From Candidatus Delongbacteria bacterium (GTDB lineage: Bacteria; CAIWAD01): a stretch of DNA of 64,000 bases. Shown piece by piece: positions 29,809 to 38,804 of this stretch; positions within the stretch are counted from its first letter, which is position 1; each line of letters begins with the position of its first letter. The notes under the pieces were generated by a model. The model ran no database searches, had not been told where the DNA came from, and saw only the letters and a program-made list of their open reading frames with translations. Location of the stretch: positions 3,200,001-3,264,000 of the forward strand of contig OY760505.1 of NCBI GenBank assembly GCA_963663545.1. The letters run 5' to 3'. The position numbers were made by a program, and so were the translations under genes.

Positions 29809-30818
29809 TGTGACTCACCCGGATGTTGACGCCGCCAAAGTAGCAGAATGACCAGCCCGACAAGGGCAGGTAGGAGCACGTTCATCATGTAGAGCATCAG
29901 GCTTCCGGCCACTGCAGCTTCCGGTGCCACAGAGATAGTGGAGAAGAGCGCTGCGGCAACAAGCTCACGAACCCCAAGATCACCTGGACTGATGGGGAAG
30001 AGAGTCTTGATGAACATGGTGCCAGCGGCGGCGGCCCAGAGCAGGCGATGGCTGAAGCCAAGCCCTTCGATCAGGAAAACGAGCTGCAGAATGAAAGTGC
30101 AGTAGAATAGAACAGACCAGAGCAGGACCAGAAGACGCCGAGCTACCGTGATACGACACAGGGCATCACGCACTTTGATCCATGTTTTCAGCAGGCCGAT
30201 GCGCGGTATGCGTTGCACAATGGAGGTCAAGTGCTGCGGCATCAATAGCGTCAGCAGCAGCACGGCATTGGAGAAGAGCACAGCGCCACCGGCAACGAAG
30301 AGCAGTCTGCGAAAGGCCTCGCCCATACCACTGTAGGTCGCCGCGTGCCAGGTCGGCAGCAACCAGAGCGCGATGGCACCAATCATTGAGGTAATCACGC
30401 CACCCACCTGTCTGTCCAGCAGGCTAATCGTCGTCAGCTGCGTACGCGAGGCTGGCAGCAGGCAGGTGATACGCGCATGCTCGCCCAGCCGGGCAGGAGT
30501 GACCACGCCCAGAGGGAAGCCAATCCAGAGCGAGCGCCAGATGCGAGTCGCGGGCATCTGCGGAAGTTGTGAACGCACCAGCGTGTGCCAACGCAGGTAT
30601 TGCAGCACAACATTGGGAATGACCAGAATGAGGGCGGCCAGCAGGTAGAATGGTGATACATGCAGAAGCTGGTTCTGCAGAGCTGGCAGGTCAAGATGCT
30701 TGGCCAGCAGCGTCAGCAGGAGCGCTACGAGAAACATCCTCAGCCACCATGGCGGAGGCCAGAACCGGAGTGTAGCTGAAGTACGCGGTGATCCAGCCTT
30801 ATGCACTCCCTGTGTCAC
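29805..30818 (-). CDS. Lysylphosphatidylglycerol-synthase-TM/flippase-like membrane protein
   Basis: RW...VTPARLGE, PISPGDLGVRE. Confidence 0.85.
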   Translation of the reverse strand: MTQGVHKAGSPRTSATLRFWPPPWWLRMFLVALLLTLLAKHLDLPALQNQLLHVSPFYLLAALILVIPNVVLQYLRWHTLVRSQLPQMPATRIWRSLWIGFPLGVVTPARLGEHARITCLLPASRTQLTTISLLDRQVGGVITSMIGAIALWLLPTWHAATYSGMGEAFRRLLFVAGGAVLFSNAVLLLTLLMPQHLTSIVQRIPRIGLLKTWIKVRDALCRITVARRLLVLLWSVLFYCTFILQLVFLIEGLGFSHRLLWAAAAGTMFIKTLFPISPGDLGVRELVAAALFSTISVAPEAAVAGSLMLYMMNVLLPALVGLVILLLWRRQHPGESQ

Positions 30819-32035
30819 GGCAGTTCATCCAGTTTGCGCGGTCCGTGACCACGGGACATTCCGGCTACACCATCGCCGTCGTTTGTTCGTTCTGTGCGTG
30901 AAGCGCTTGCCCTACGTATTTTCTCTTCTGCCAGGGCCGGGTCTGGCAACGTGAACCCGGAATTGCGCAGACTCTCTTCAAGCGGCCGATCGAGACGAAC
31001 CTTTACGTCGCGCTGTTCCAGATTCAGGCGCACGCCCTCACCGCAATTGCGACACATCTCAAACTGTCCCCGATCCTGGAAGATGGCGCGTCTGAAATCC
31101 TGATAGCGCTTGCTGTGCCACAAGTCGCGAAAGCTGTGCTCCTGGAGCTGGCCAATGGCAAACTGACTGCTCTTGTCGAAGCAGCAGACGCAGAGTTCGC
31201 CGCCCGCGTTCAACACAGGCTGGGTCCACAACCGTTTGCAGCGATTGCGATAGCCGTGTTTCAGCGCAAAATGTTGCGTACCGGATTCATCCTCAACGAC
31301 CTGATAGCGAGAGCGGGAGATATCCTCCGGCAGCCAGACGTCGATGTCTTCATCATCGTAGATCTGTACCGTCTTCAACGTGAGGCGATCAACACCGCAC
31401 TCGCGCGCCAACCGGTCAATCAGGGCAATTTCATGCTCGTTGTGACGCATCACGATGAACTGCAGATGTATCACAGGCGTGCTGCTGTTCAGTCGCCGTT
31501 TGGTTTCAACCAGCTCCTTCAGTCCGCGTATCACAAGGTCAAAATCGCCGCTACGCCGGTAGGCGGCGTAGCTCTCGGCGCTTGCACCATCCACAGACAC
31601 AAGAAGCGTACCCAGGCCGGAGCGTACGATCTCTTCGCAATTCTCCAGAAAGTGACCGTTTGTGGAGGCATAGGTCCAGATGCGTTTGGCGGTAGCGTAG
31701 CGCACCATGTCCCAGAATCGCTTATGTAAGAAGCTCTCGCCCTGATTCCACAGCAGCAGCATGAAAAGCGCGTGTGACAATTCGTCGAGTACTCGCGTGT
31801 AAAGATCGTAGTCCAAAAAGGCCTTTGGGCGTCCCAGTGTACCTGCGCCGGTGGGGCAGAGGGGGCATTTCAGGTTGCAGGCATTGGTAGGCTCTACCAT
31901 TAGCACGGAGGGCAGGCCAGCGACAATCGGCCTGGAAAGCAGATCGCTGAGGCCCAGCGATCCGTAAAGCTTGGCACCATTCCACAGTCGTGATACAGAT
32001 AGGCTGTGCGCGATGATCTGGCTGGTTTCACTCAC
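30815..32035 (-). CDS. Radical SAM/SPASM protein
   Basis: CNLKCPLC; SPASM CKRLW...VCCFD...CRNC. Confidence 0.92.
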   Translation of the reverse strand: MSETSQIIAHSLSVSRLWNGAKLYGSLGLSDLLSRPIVAGLPSVLMVEPTNACNLKCPLCPTGAGTLGRPKAFLDYDLYTRVLDELSHALFMLLLWNQGESFLHKRFWDMVRYATAKRIWTYASTNGHFLENCEEIVRSGLGTLLVSVDGASAESYAAYRRSGDFDLVIRGLKELVETKRRLNSSTPVIHLQFIVMRHNEHEIALIDRLARECGVDRLTLKTVQIYDDEDIDVWLPEDISRSRYQVVEDESGTQHFALKHGYRNRCKRLWTQPVLNAGGELCVCCFDKSSQFAIGQLQEHSFRDLWHSKRYQDFRRAIFQDRGQFEMCRNCGEGVRLNLEQRDVKVRLDRPLEESLRNSGFTLPDPALAEEKIRRASASRTERTNDGDGVAGMSRGHGPRKLDELP

Positions 32036-33230
32036 TCTTGGCTTCCTTCACTGTTCCGTGGGGTTTGGGTTTGCCAGCTTGGGTCCGGTGCCCCTTCCAG
32101 CTGTATCCGCCCAGACTTCCCCAAATGCCGTAAAGCACTGTCTGCAGTGGCTGCACCGGAAGTAGCAGCATCAGACGAAGGCGCTGCTGCCCCTCGTCCA
32201 ACAGCCGGATGCCGATTTCGACCACGGGTACAAGAGTCAGCACCACCAGGCCAAGGGCTCCCAGCCAACACTTCAACAGCAGCAGACCAAGGGGTGCATT
32301 GCCAAACAAGGGCAGCGCGCCAATGGCCAGGGGCGTGATACCCAGCATGCCGCTGAAGCCGACACCCAGCAACAGTTGGCGCACGCGCTCGGCTTGTTCC
32401 AGCACAGGAATTTTGCCGTAACGTCGGCGCAGTTGCTGTCTGCGTGCCGCCGAATCTGTTGGCATGGTTGTTAGCACATGAGCTGACGAATTGCCCGCAT
32501 AGCCGAAGCGTGCACCGCTGTGCACCAGGCGCCGTGTCAGGTGAACGTCGTCCCCGCTACCAAAACCCTCAAGGCCAGCATAGCCACCCGCGCGCTGCAA
32601 AGCTTTGCGTTGCATGGCCCAGTTTCCTCCACGTGCGAAAGCGGGGTTCTGGCGGCCCACCCCAGAAAGCACTTGCAGGGAGGAGAGAAAACTCGATACC
32701 GACTCCAGTGCGCCTGCCCAGCCGGGGCCAAGTACACGCACGTGACCGCAGCTGACATCTACCGGAACTGTGGCATCGGTCAGCAATTCCATGTGAGCGC
32801 GTACCCAGCCCGGATTCGGTCTGCAATCCGCGTCGGTGAAAAGCAGCGGTCCGTCTTCTGCTGCGGCCACCGCCTGCGCCAATGCACGGATTTTGCCACG
32901 ACCCTGACCGCGCAGCATCAGGCTGCCAGGCCACTGTACCAGAGCATTATGTATCACAGTGGCTGTGTCATCCGTAGAGGCGTCGTCTACAAGGATTAGA
33001 CGAAGCTGATCACGCGGCCAATCCTGAGCTGCCATGGCCTGGAAAAATGCTGGAAGGGTCTGGACCTCATTGCGCGCCGATACCAGCACTTGAACAAGAT
33101 CGGCGGCTGTGCGATCCGGCCTGGGTGCAGGACGCCGGTACAAGCGCCACAAACCACGCCCTTGATTGAAGAGTTCGCAGAGCAGAACTCCCAATCCGAG
33201 AAACAGCCAGCTGAGCAGGAGTGTCTTCAT
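32028..33230 (-). CDS. GT2 glycosyltransferase
   Basis: VSARNE, VDDASTD, FTDADC, GSGDD. Confidence 0.9.
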   Translation of the reverse strand: MKTLLLSWLFLGLGVLLCELFNQGRGLWRLYRRPAPRPDRTAADLVQVLVSARNEVQTLPAFFQAMAAQDWPRDQLRLILVDDASTDDTATVIHNALVQWPGSLMLRGQGRGKIRALAQAVAAAEDGPLLFTDADCRPNPGWVRAHMELLTDATVPVDVSCGHVRVLGPGWAGALESVSSFLSSLQVLSGVGRQNPAFARGGNWAMQRKALQRAGGYAGLEGFGSGDDVHLTRRLVHSGARFGYAGNSSAHVLTTMPTDSAARRQQLRRRYGKIPVLEQAERVRQLLLGVGFSGMLGITPLAIGALPLFGNAPLGLLLLKCWLGALGLVVLTLVPVVEIGIRLLDEGQQRLRLMLLLPVQPLQTVLYGIWGSLGGYSWKGHRTQAGKPKPHGTVKEAKSE

Positions 33231-33301
33231 GACGGCCTTTCCATGGATACACTAGAAGGTAAGGAAACTGTGGAAGCCTGTATCTGGAAGTGATGCCCTA
33301 C

Positions 33302-33330
33302 TTGACACAGTACGTCAAAGGTTCTATCTT
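33302..33330 (+). promoter_or_regulatory. Sigma-70 promoter of the tRNA pair
   Basis: TTGACA-17 bp-TATCTT. Confidence 0.8.
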
Positions 33331-33343
33331 ATGCATCCTCGAT

Positions 33344-33427
33344 GGAGGAATAGTCCTAATTGGTAAGGCAGCGGTCTTGAAAACCGCCGGGCGCAAGCCC
33401 TTGGGGGTTCGAGTCCCCCTTCCTCCG
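33344..33427 (+). tRNA. tRNA-Ser(TGA)
   Basis: Acceptor GGAGGAA/TTCCTCC; anticodon arm GCGGT-CTTGAAA-ACCGC; long variable arm; GGTTCGAGTCC. Confidence 0.96.
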
Positions 33428-33450
33428 GTCCTCCACGAGGAAACCTCTTT

Positions 33451-33537
33451 GGAGAGGTGGCAGAGTGGCTTAATGCGCGCGCCTGCTAAGTGCGTGACGG
33501 CTAACCCCGTCCGAGGGTTCGAATCCCTCCCTCTCCG
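33451..33537 (+). tRNA. tRNA-Ser(GCT)
   Basis: Acceptor GGAGAGG/CCTCTCC; anticodon loop CTGCTAA; long variable arm; GGTTCGAATCC. Confidence 0.96.
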
Positions 33538-33544
33538 TACGAAT

Positions 33545-33581
33545 GCGCAAATCCGCCCGCCGGGCGGATTTTTGCGTTTTT
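33545..33581 (+). terminator. Rho-independent terminator
   Basis: AAATCCGCCC-GCC-GGGCGGATTT followed by T-runs. Confidence 0.85.
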
Positions 33582-33585
33582 GAAC

Positions 33586-33727
33586 GGAGAGGAATAGAAA
33601 TGGTGCGTCGCGATAAGCGACGCCACTTCAGGGTAGTTTTGCGCGGGCAAATCAGTAGAAGGTCTGGTAGTCATTGTTCGCGCAAAACACACGTACTTGT
33701 GGTGCAAGTCCGCTTCCTCCCTCTCCA
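33586..33727 (+). ncRNA. Candidate tRNA-like structured RNA
   Basis: GGAGAGG...CCTCTCCA closing stem; three internal hairpins including T-arm-like GTGG-TGCAAGT-CCGC. Confidence 0.4.
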
Positions 33728-34155
33728 TACGAATGAACCCGCTCTTAGTCGTTTTTTTTCGTACTCGTGTGGAATCAAAATTGTCCGCCACGGACTCGGT
33801 CTCGAGGCTGCAAATTGCTGAGTCGCAAGACCCAGATGCCGTGACACATTGATTCGGGGCAGCAACACCGCGATTCCGTCTGCGAAACTGGAAAGGGAGA
33901 GGCAGGGTTTGCGCAAGGACGAATTTCAGGAACTAAGACCTCGCTGAAGCGCGACCCCGGTAGGGGGGGGGCGGTCGATGGATCGCGGCGCGACGGGAAT
34001 CACGATACAGACGAATCTCGATCTCGGGAGTCCGCTCCGGCAGCATGGGCTTCAGTGGGTTGCTTACCCGATTGCGCGCCACTTGCCAATGAATACAGCT
34101 GGCGTTTTCACCGATAGTAATGCTGTCACTTTTCCTGGACCAAGCTGAGGTTCTC

Positions 34156-35352
34156 ATGAAGATTGCATCTGCCTGTTCATCGCAGCAGGACACGCAGCAA
34201 GCACTGGTGGAAGCCTTCGGAGAGTTGTGCAGCAAGCTGGGCGGCGCGCCCAGTTTTCTTTTTTGTCACCCCACGGCGGAACACGACATCGAGCAACTGG
34301 TGGAGGATTTGGCTAGCATTGCGCCCGGCGTTCCCGTGCACGGCGCGACCAGTTGCCAGGGAATCATGACCGAGGAGCGTCTTGTCTTTGCCGGCGGCTA
34401 TGGTCTTGGTCTGTTGGGCTTGCTGGATGAGGACGGCGGCTACGGCGTTGGCTTCTGCGAGCTGGGCGATGATCCCCGTGACTCTGCTCGCAAGGCTTTG
34501 AACATGGCCCTGGCAAACGCTGGTCGCGAGGGACAGGCACCGGACGCAGTCTGGATGACCAGTATGCCCAACGCCGAGGAGCAAGTGCTCTTAGGCATCC
34601 AAGAGGTCGTTGGCGCACAGGTGCCTGTGCTGGGTGGAAGCTCCGCCGACAATAGCGTGCAGGGACACTGGCGGCAGTTTACGTCCAGCCAGCTCTCGTC
34701 CACGGCGATGGTGATTTCGGTGCTCTTTTCCACTTCGGACATCGGACACGCCTTTCACAGCGGCTACTCGCCCACGAAATACAAGGGGAGTATCACACGG
34801 GCTGAGGGGCGCGTATTGTGGGAAATTGAGGGCAAACCCGCGATCGAGGTGTACGATGCCTGGACCGGAGGCAGGCTACGTGAGCAACTGCACAGCAAGG
34901 AGCCACTGCTTCTGCATACTACGCTGAATCCCTTGGGGCGACAGGCTGGCGAGGCCATGGGCCTTCCGTACTACATGCTTTCCCATCCCGCTGGAGTAGT
35001 GGAGGGCGGTGGCCTGAGTCTGTTTACCGAAATGCGAGTTGGCGAAGAGGTCGTACTGATGGAAGGCAGCCTGGACAGCCTTGTAACACGCGCAGGTCGT
35101 GTTGTAGAGAGTGCGGTTCAGGAGTGCGATGTGTACGCGGAAGCCGTCGCCGGAGGCGTGCTCGTCTACTGCGCAGGTTGCATGCTGACGGTAATGGATC
35201 GCATGGAGCAGGTGCGCGAAGAGGTGAATCAGGCCATGGGGGGCAAACCCTTCCTTGGCATCTTCACTTTTGGTGAGCAGGGCTGCGTACGCGAGGGGGA
35301 CAACCGGCATGGCAATCTGATGATTTCTTTCATGGCATTTGGTGAGCAATGA
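34156..35352 (+). CDS. FIST-domain (NosP-like) sensory protein
   Basis: HGATSCQG, LGGSSADN, YCAGC, FTFGEQG...HGNL. Confidence 0.9.
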   Translation: MKIASACSSQQDTQQALVEAFGELCSKLGGAPSFLFCHPTAEHDIEQLVEDLASIAPGVPVHGATSCQGIMTEERLVFAGGYGLGLLGLLDEDGGYGVGFCELGDDPRDSARKALNMALANAGREGQAPDAVWMTSMPNAEEQVLLGIQEVVGAQVPVLGGSSADNSVQGHWRQFTSSQLSSTAMVISVLFSTSDIGHAFHSGYSPTKYKGSITRAEGRVLWEIEGKPAIEVYDAWTGGRLREQLHSKEPLLLHTTLNPLGRQAGEAMGLPYYMLSHPAGVVEGGGLSLFTEMRVGEEVVLMEGSLDSLVTRAGRVVESAVQECDVYAEAVAGGVLVYCAGCMLTVMDRMEQVREEVNQAMGGKPFLGIFTFGEQGCVREGDNRHGNLMISFMAFGEQ

Positions 35353-37097
35353 GCCAGGATGAATCACGCAAACACGAGGAACTGCAGGACGTAGTCCTCA
35401 CGCTCGAGCGTGCACTGGCGCGCGAGCGTGTGTTACGCACAGAGCACGATGCGCTGCTGGGAGTACTGGGATCCATCGCCCGGGCGCCTTCGCGCGATGT
35501 GTTACTGGTGACCCTGTTTTCACGGCTGCAGGCGGTCGTTACCTACAAGAAAGTGGCCGCAATCTGCCTCGATCCCAATACCAATGCTCGTGTGTTGTAC
35601 ACGACCGATGACAACACTGCCCGCGCCGTGATACAACAGACCAAACTTCTAGAGCGGGCTGCATCAGGAAAGCCAATTCATGTCTTTGATGCCAGCCGCT
35701 TGGCGCGTGATACAATTGATGACTCAGTACCTATGCAGGGATCGTTGCTCCTGGCGAGCTTGATGCGCGCCGAACGCAGGATCATTGCCGTACTGGCGCA
35801 TCCGGAATGCAGTCACTTCGAGAAGCTGCATCTGCGTTTGATGCAAAGTGTCGGGCTTGTGACCGACCAGTTGCTTCAAGGCATGGAACTGGCCAACCGG
35901 GCGCACGAGAATGAGCTGAAGTATCGTACGCTCGTGGAGTACGCCAGCGATGGTATCGGTATCACAAAGGATTGCAATCTCGTTTATCTCAACCCGCGTC
36001 TGGTCGAACTGCTGGGTCTGCCGCGCAGCCGGTTGATGGAACAGCGTTTCGATTCCTTTGTTGAGCCAATGGATCTTGAGTCCTTCCAACGGCAGAAACT
36101 GCGTCTGCTGGAGGACCGTGCCGCGGATCGTTCCGTCGAGATCCGCTTGCTCAACGGTCGTGGACAGCAGCTCTTTGTCGAGTTCAATACTGCCCGCATC
36201 ATCTACGAAAAGCAAGCGGCCGAACTGATCATTGTGCGCGACATCACCGGACGCAAGTCCATGCAGGAACAACTCTCGCAGACGCGCAAACTGGAGGCAA
36301 TCGGTCAGCTGGCTGCCGGTGTAGCACACGAAATCAACACACCGGTGCAGTACATCGGCGACAACCTGCACTTCCTGCAGGAGGAATCGAAGAATGTGTT
36401 GTCGGTGATGCAGCTTGCCCGGGAGCTGTCGGAGGCCGAAGGTGATACAGAGGAATTGCGTAAGCGCTTGCGGGAAGAACTGGAAGAGTTGGAGTTTGAG
36501 GACCTTCATGAACAGTACATGGAGGCCATTGCCGACTCCCTCACGGGCGTGCGACGTGTTACAGAGATCGTTAGTGCCATGCGTCAGTTCAGTCATCCTG
36601 GCGGCAAAGAGCGCTCGATGGTGGACCTGAACAAGGTGATACAAGAAGCCTTTACTGTGACACGCAATTACTGGAAGTACGAGGCGGAAGCAGACTTGGA
36701 TCTGGCCGAGGATCTTCCATTGCTGATGTGCTACGCGGGTGAACTCAGCCAGGTGTTACTGAACCTCATCATCAATGCGGGTGATGCAATCAAGGCCAGG
36801 CGCGAAGAGGATCGATCGGTGAAGGGCAAGCTATACGTGAGTACGCGCCTGGTGGAGCGCGCCATCGAGCTGCGTTTGCGGGACAATGGCACTGGCATTC
36901 CTGCGAAGCACCGCGAGCGCGTTTTCGACCCCTTCTTCACAACTAAGGAAATCGGTCAGGGAACCGGACAAGGCCTTTCCATTGTCTTCAATGCCATTGT
37001 GAATCACCTGGGAGGCAAGATCGAGCTGGAATCCGAAGAAGGCGTTGGCACCGAGTTCATCATTCGATTCCCGTTGGATTTGGAAGAAGAGGAATAG
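35349..37097 (+). CDS. PAS-domain sensor histidine kinase
   Basis: GQLAAGVAHEINTP H-box; NLIINA; DNGTGI; FDPFFTTK; GTGQGL. Confidence 0.95.
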   Translation: MSQDESRKHEELQDVVLTLERALARERVLRTEHDALLGVLGSIARAPSRDVLLVTLFSRLQAVVTYKKVAAICLDPNTNARVLYTTDDNTARAVIQQTKLLERAASGKPIHVFDASRLARDTIDDSVPMQGSLLLASLMRAERRIIAVLAHPECSHFEKLHLRLMQSVGLVTDQLLQGMELANRAHENELKYRTLVEYASDGIGITKDCNLVYLNPRLVELLGLPRSRLMEQRFDSFVEPMDLESFQRQKLRLLEDRAADRSVEIRLLNGRGQQLFVEFNTARIIYEKQAAELIIVRDITGRKSMQEQLSQTRKLEAIGQLAAGVAHEINTPVQYIGDNLHFLQEESKNVLSVMQLARELSEAEGDTEELRKRLREELEELEFEDLHEQYMEAIADSLTGVRRVTEIVSAMRQFSHPGGKERSMVDLNKVIQEAFTVTRNYWKYEAEADLDLAEDLPLLMCYAGELSQVLLNLIINAGDAIKARREEDRSVKGKLYVSTRLVERAIELRLRDNGTGIPAKHRERVFDPFFTTKEIGQGTGQGLSIVFNAIVNHLGGKIELESEEGVGTEFIIRFPLDLEEEE

Positions 37098-37170
37098 AAG
37101 CGCAGGGTTTTGCTCTTTCGCCTGACAAGCCGTTGTTTGCCAGAGGAGAGGAAACAACAAGGGCTGCCCA

Positions 37171-38646
37171 ATGACATTCCGCGTATCACAGACTACACTA
37201 CTGCTACTTCTGATTTTCAACCTTTCTCTTCATGCCCAGTGCCTTCTCAATAACCCGTCGTTCGAGGTGGGAAGCCAAGAGTCCGAGCTTTTTGCTGCCT
37301 GGGATGTCGAAGGCCAGGTGCTGGCTGACTCGGTGGCAAGGCATGGTCAGCGCGCTGTGAGCATCGTGGGAGGAAGTGCCGGAGCGGGTGAGGCCGTCGG
37401 CTTGTGGCAGGAGTTGGAATGCGATCCAGCGGACACATGGTCGATAACCGGCTGGCTGAAGACGAGTTCCGTTTGGCCGCTCCTGGATGGAGACCGCGCT
37501 TTGCTACGCCTGGAATGGCTGAACGCTACCGCGCAAGTACTCGCCGATACTTCACTCTCATTGGCGAACGCCAGCACATCCACATGCGTCTACCGGCAAT
37601 TCACGGTGTTGACACCGGCAGCGCCCCTGGCGTGTTCGCGGTTGCGCCTAATGCCCGCTGTGATACAGACGCTGGTGGATCACGAATCGCGTGTTTCCTT
37701 TGATCAACTGGAAGCGCTGCCTGGCGTCGTTGATATCGAGCATGAGCAGTGGCAGGATTTCCCCGGCGGTCGCGTGATCCAATTCAGCGGTTACGATTGG
37801 CGTGTCAAAGGTCCCGGATGGTATGCGCCCGGTCCCTCCTGGTTCAGCGATGATGTGTCACAGCTTTTTGTTGACGAGAGCGGCGCGCTGCATTTGCGCG
37901 TGCAGCAGATGGGGGATACATGGACTTCCTGCGAACTGGTCCTGGCAGAACCCCTTGGCTATGGTGATTACGTCTTCACCTTTGTGGGTGATCTGGGGCA
38001 ACTTGATCCGCACGTGATACTGGGACTCTTTCTCTGGCAGTATCCCGCATGTTGGGACGAAGCCAGCATGTGGTGGAATCCCGCCTGCGAAATCGATGTG
38101 GAGCTGGGTCGCTGGGGAGATGCGCAAAGCGAGCTGGCGCAGTTTGTAGTACAGCCCTGGGATTGGGAAGGGAATCGCCTGCGCTTCGCCGTTCCCGCAG
38201 ACCTTGTGACACAAAGTAGCTATGCCTTTCGCTGGTTGCCCGATCGAGTCGAGTTTCGCGCCTGGCGGGGTGACGCCGCAGCCGAGAATCAGGGCACGCG
38301 TTTTTGTAGCTGGACCTACCAGGGGCCGCATCTGCCGCGACCTGAGCGTGCGCGGGTTCATCTCAACCTGTGGCAGCTGCTACAACCGCCAGCGCAGGAG
38401 CAGGAAGTAGTGATCTCAGACTTTCGCTTTCTGCCCGCCCAAGGAGAGTGTGCCAGACTCGCCATCGAGAGTGAAGGCAGTGCATTGAGTCTGAGTTGGC
38501 AAGGACCCGGCTGGGCTAACGTGTATCACGTCTATCAAAGCTCCAGTCAAAATGGACCCTGGCAGTGCATCCAAAGTCTGCGGGGAACAAGTCTTCGGCT
38601 CGGCATTCAGCAGCACCGGGCATTCTACCGTGTAAGCTGGGAGTAA
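37171..38646 (+). CDS. Secreted GH16-like glycoside hydrolase with N-terminal CBM-like domain
   Basis: NPSFE domain; EIDVE catalytic motif; small C-terminal LSLSW...YHVY domain. Confidence 0.75.
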   Translation: MTFRVSQTTLLLLLIFNLSLHAQCLLNNPSFEVGSQESELFAAWDVEGQVLADSVARHGQRAVSIVGGSAGAGEAVGLWQELECDPADTWSITGWLKTSSVWPLLDGDRALLRLEWLNATAQVLADTSLSLANASTSTCVYRQFTVLTPAAPLACSRLRLMPAVIQTLVDHESRVSFDQLEALPGVVDIEHEQWQDFPGGRVIQFSGYDWRVKGPGWYAPGPSWFSDDVSQLFVDESGALHLRVQQMGDTWTSCELVLAEPLGYGDYVFTFVGDLGQLDPHVILGLFLWQYPACWDEASMWWNPACEIDVELGRWGDAQSELAQFVVQPWDWEGNRLRFAVPADLVTQSSYAFRWLPDRVEFRAWRGDAAAENQGTRFCSWTYQGPHLPRPERARVHLNLWQLLQPPAQEQEVVISDFRFLPAQGECARLAIESEGSALSLSWQGPGWANVYHVYQSSSQNGPWQCIQSLRGTSLRLGIQQHRAFYRVSWE

Positions 38647-38723
38647 GCAAGCCGCAGTAGCGCGGAGAAGAATAGCCTTCAAAGCTGTGTTCTGCCCTTT
38701 TTGTCAATTCCCGCGAATTCTCC

Positions 38724-38772
38724 TTGACATATCGCTCGCCCTAGCTGTACTTTGTTCGCCAGACGAACAAAG
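38724..38772 (+). promoter_or_regulatory. Promoter with overlapping palindromic operator (probable ROK site)
   Basis: TTGACA 38724, TACTTT 38748; CTTTGTTCG-CCAGA-CGAACAAAG 38750-38772. Confidence 0.75.
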
Positions 38773-38804
38773 CGACCTGGCGAGGGTCGTTCAGAAGGAA
38801 GGAA

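Noticed and set aside
33290..33583. 97-aa ORF
   Set aside because: Overlies the two tRNA genes.
33586..33727. tmRNA, tRNA-Sec, SRP or RNase P identity
   Set aside because: No G3:U70 pair or tag ORF, no UCA anticodon arm, no SRP or RNase P signature.
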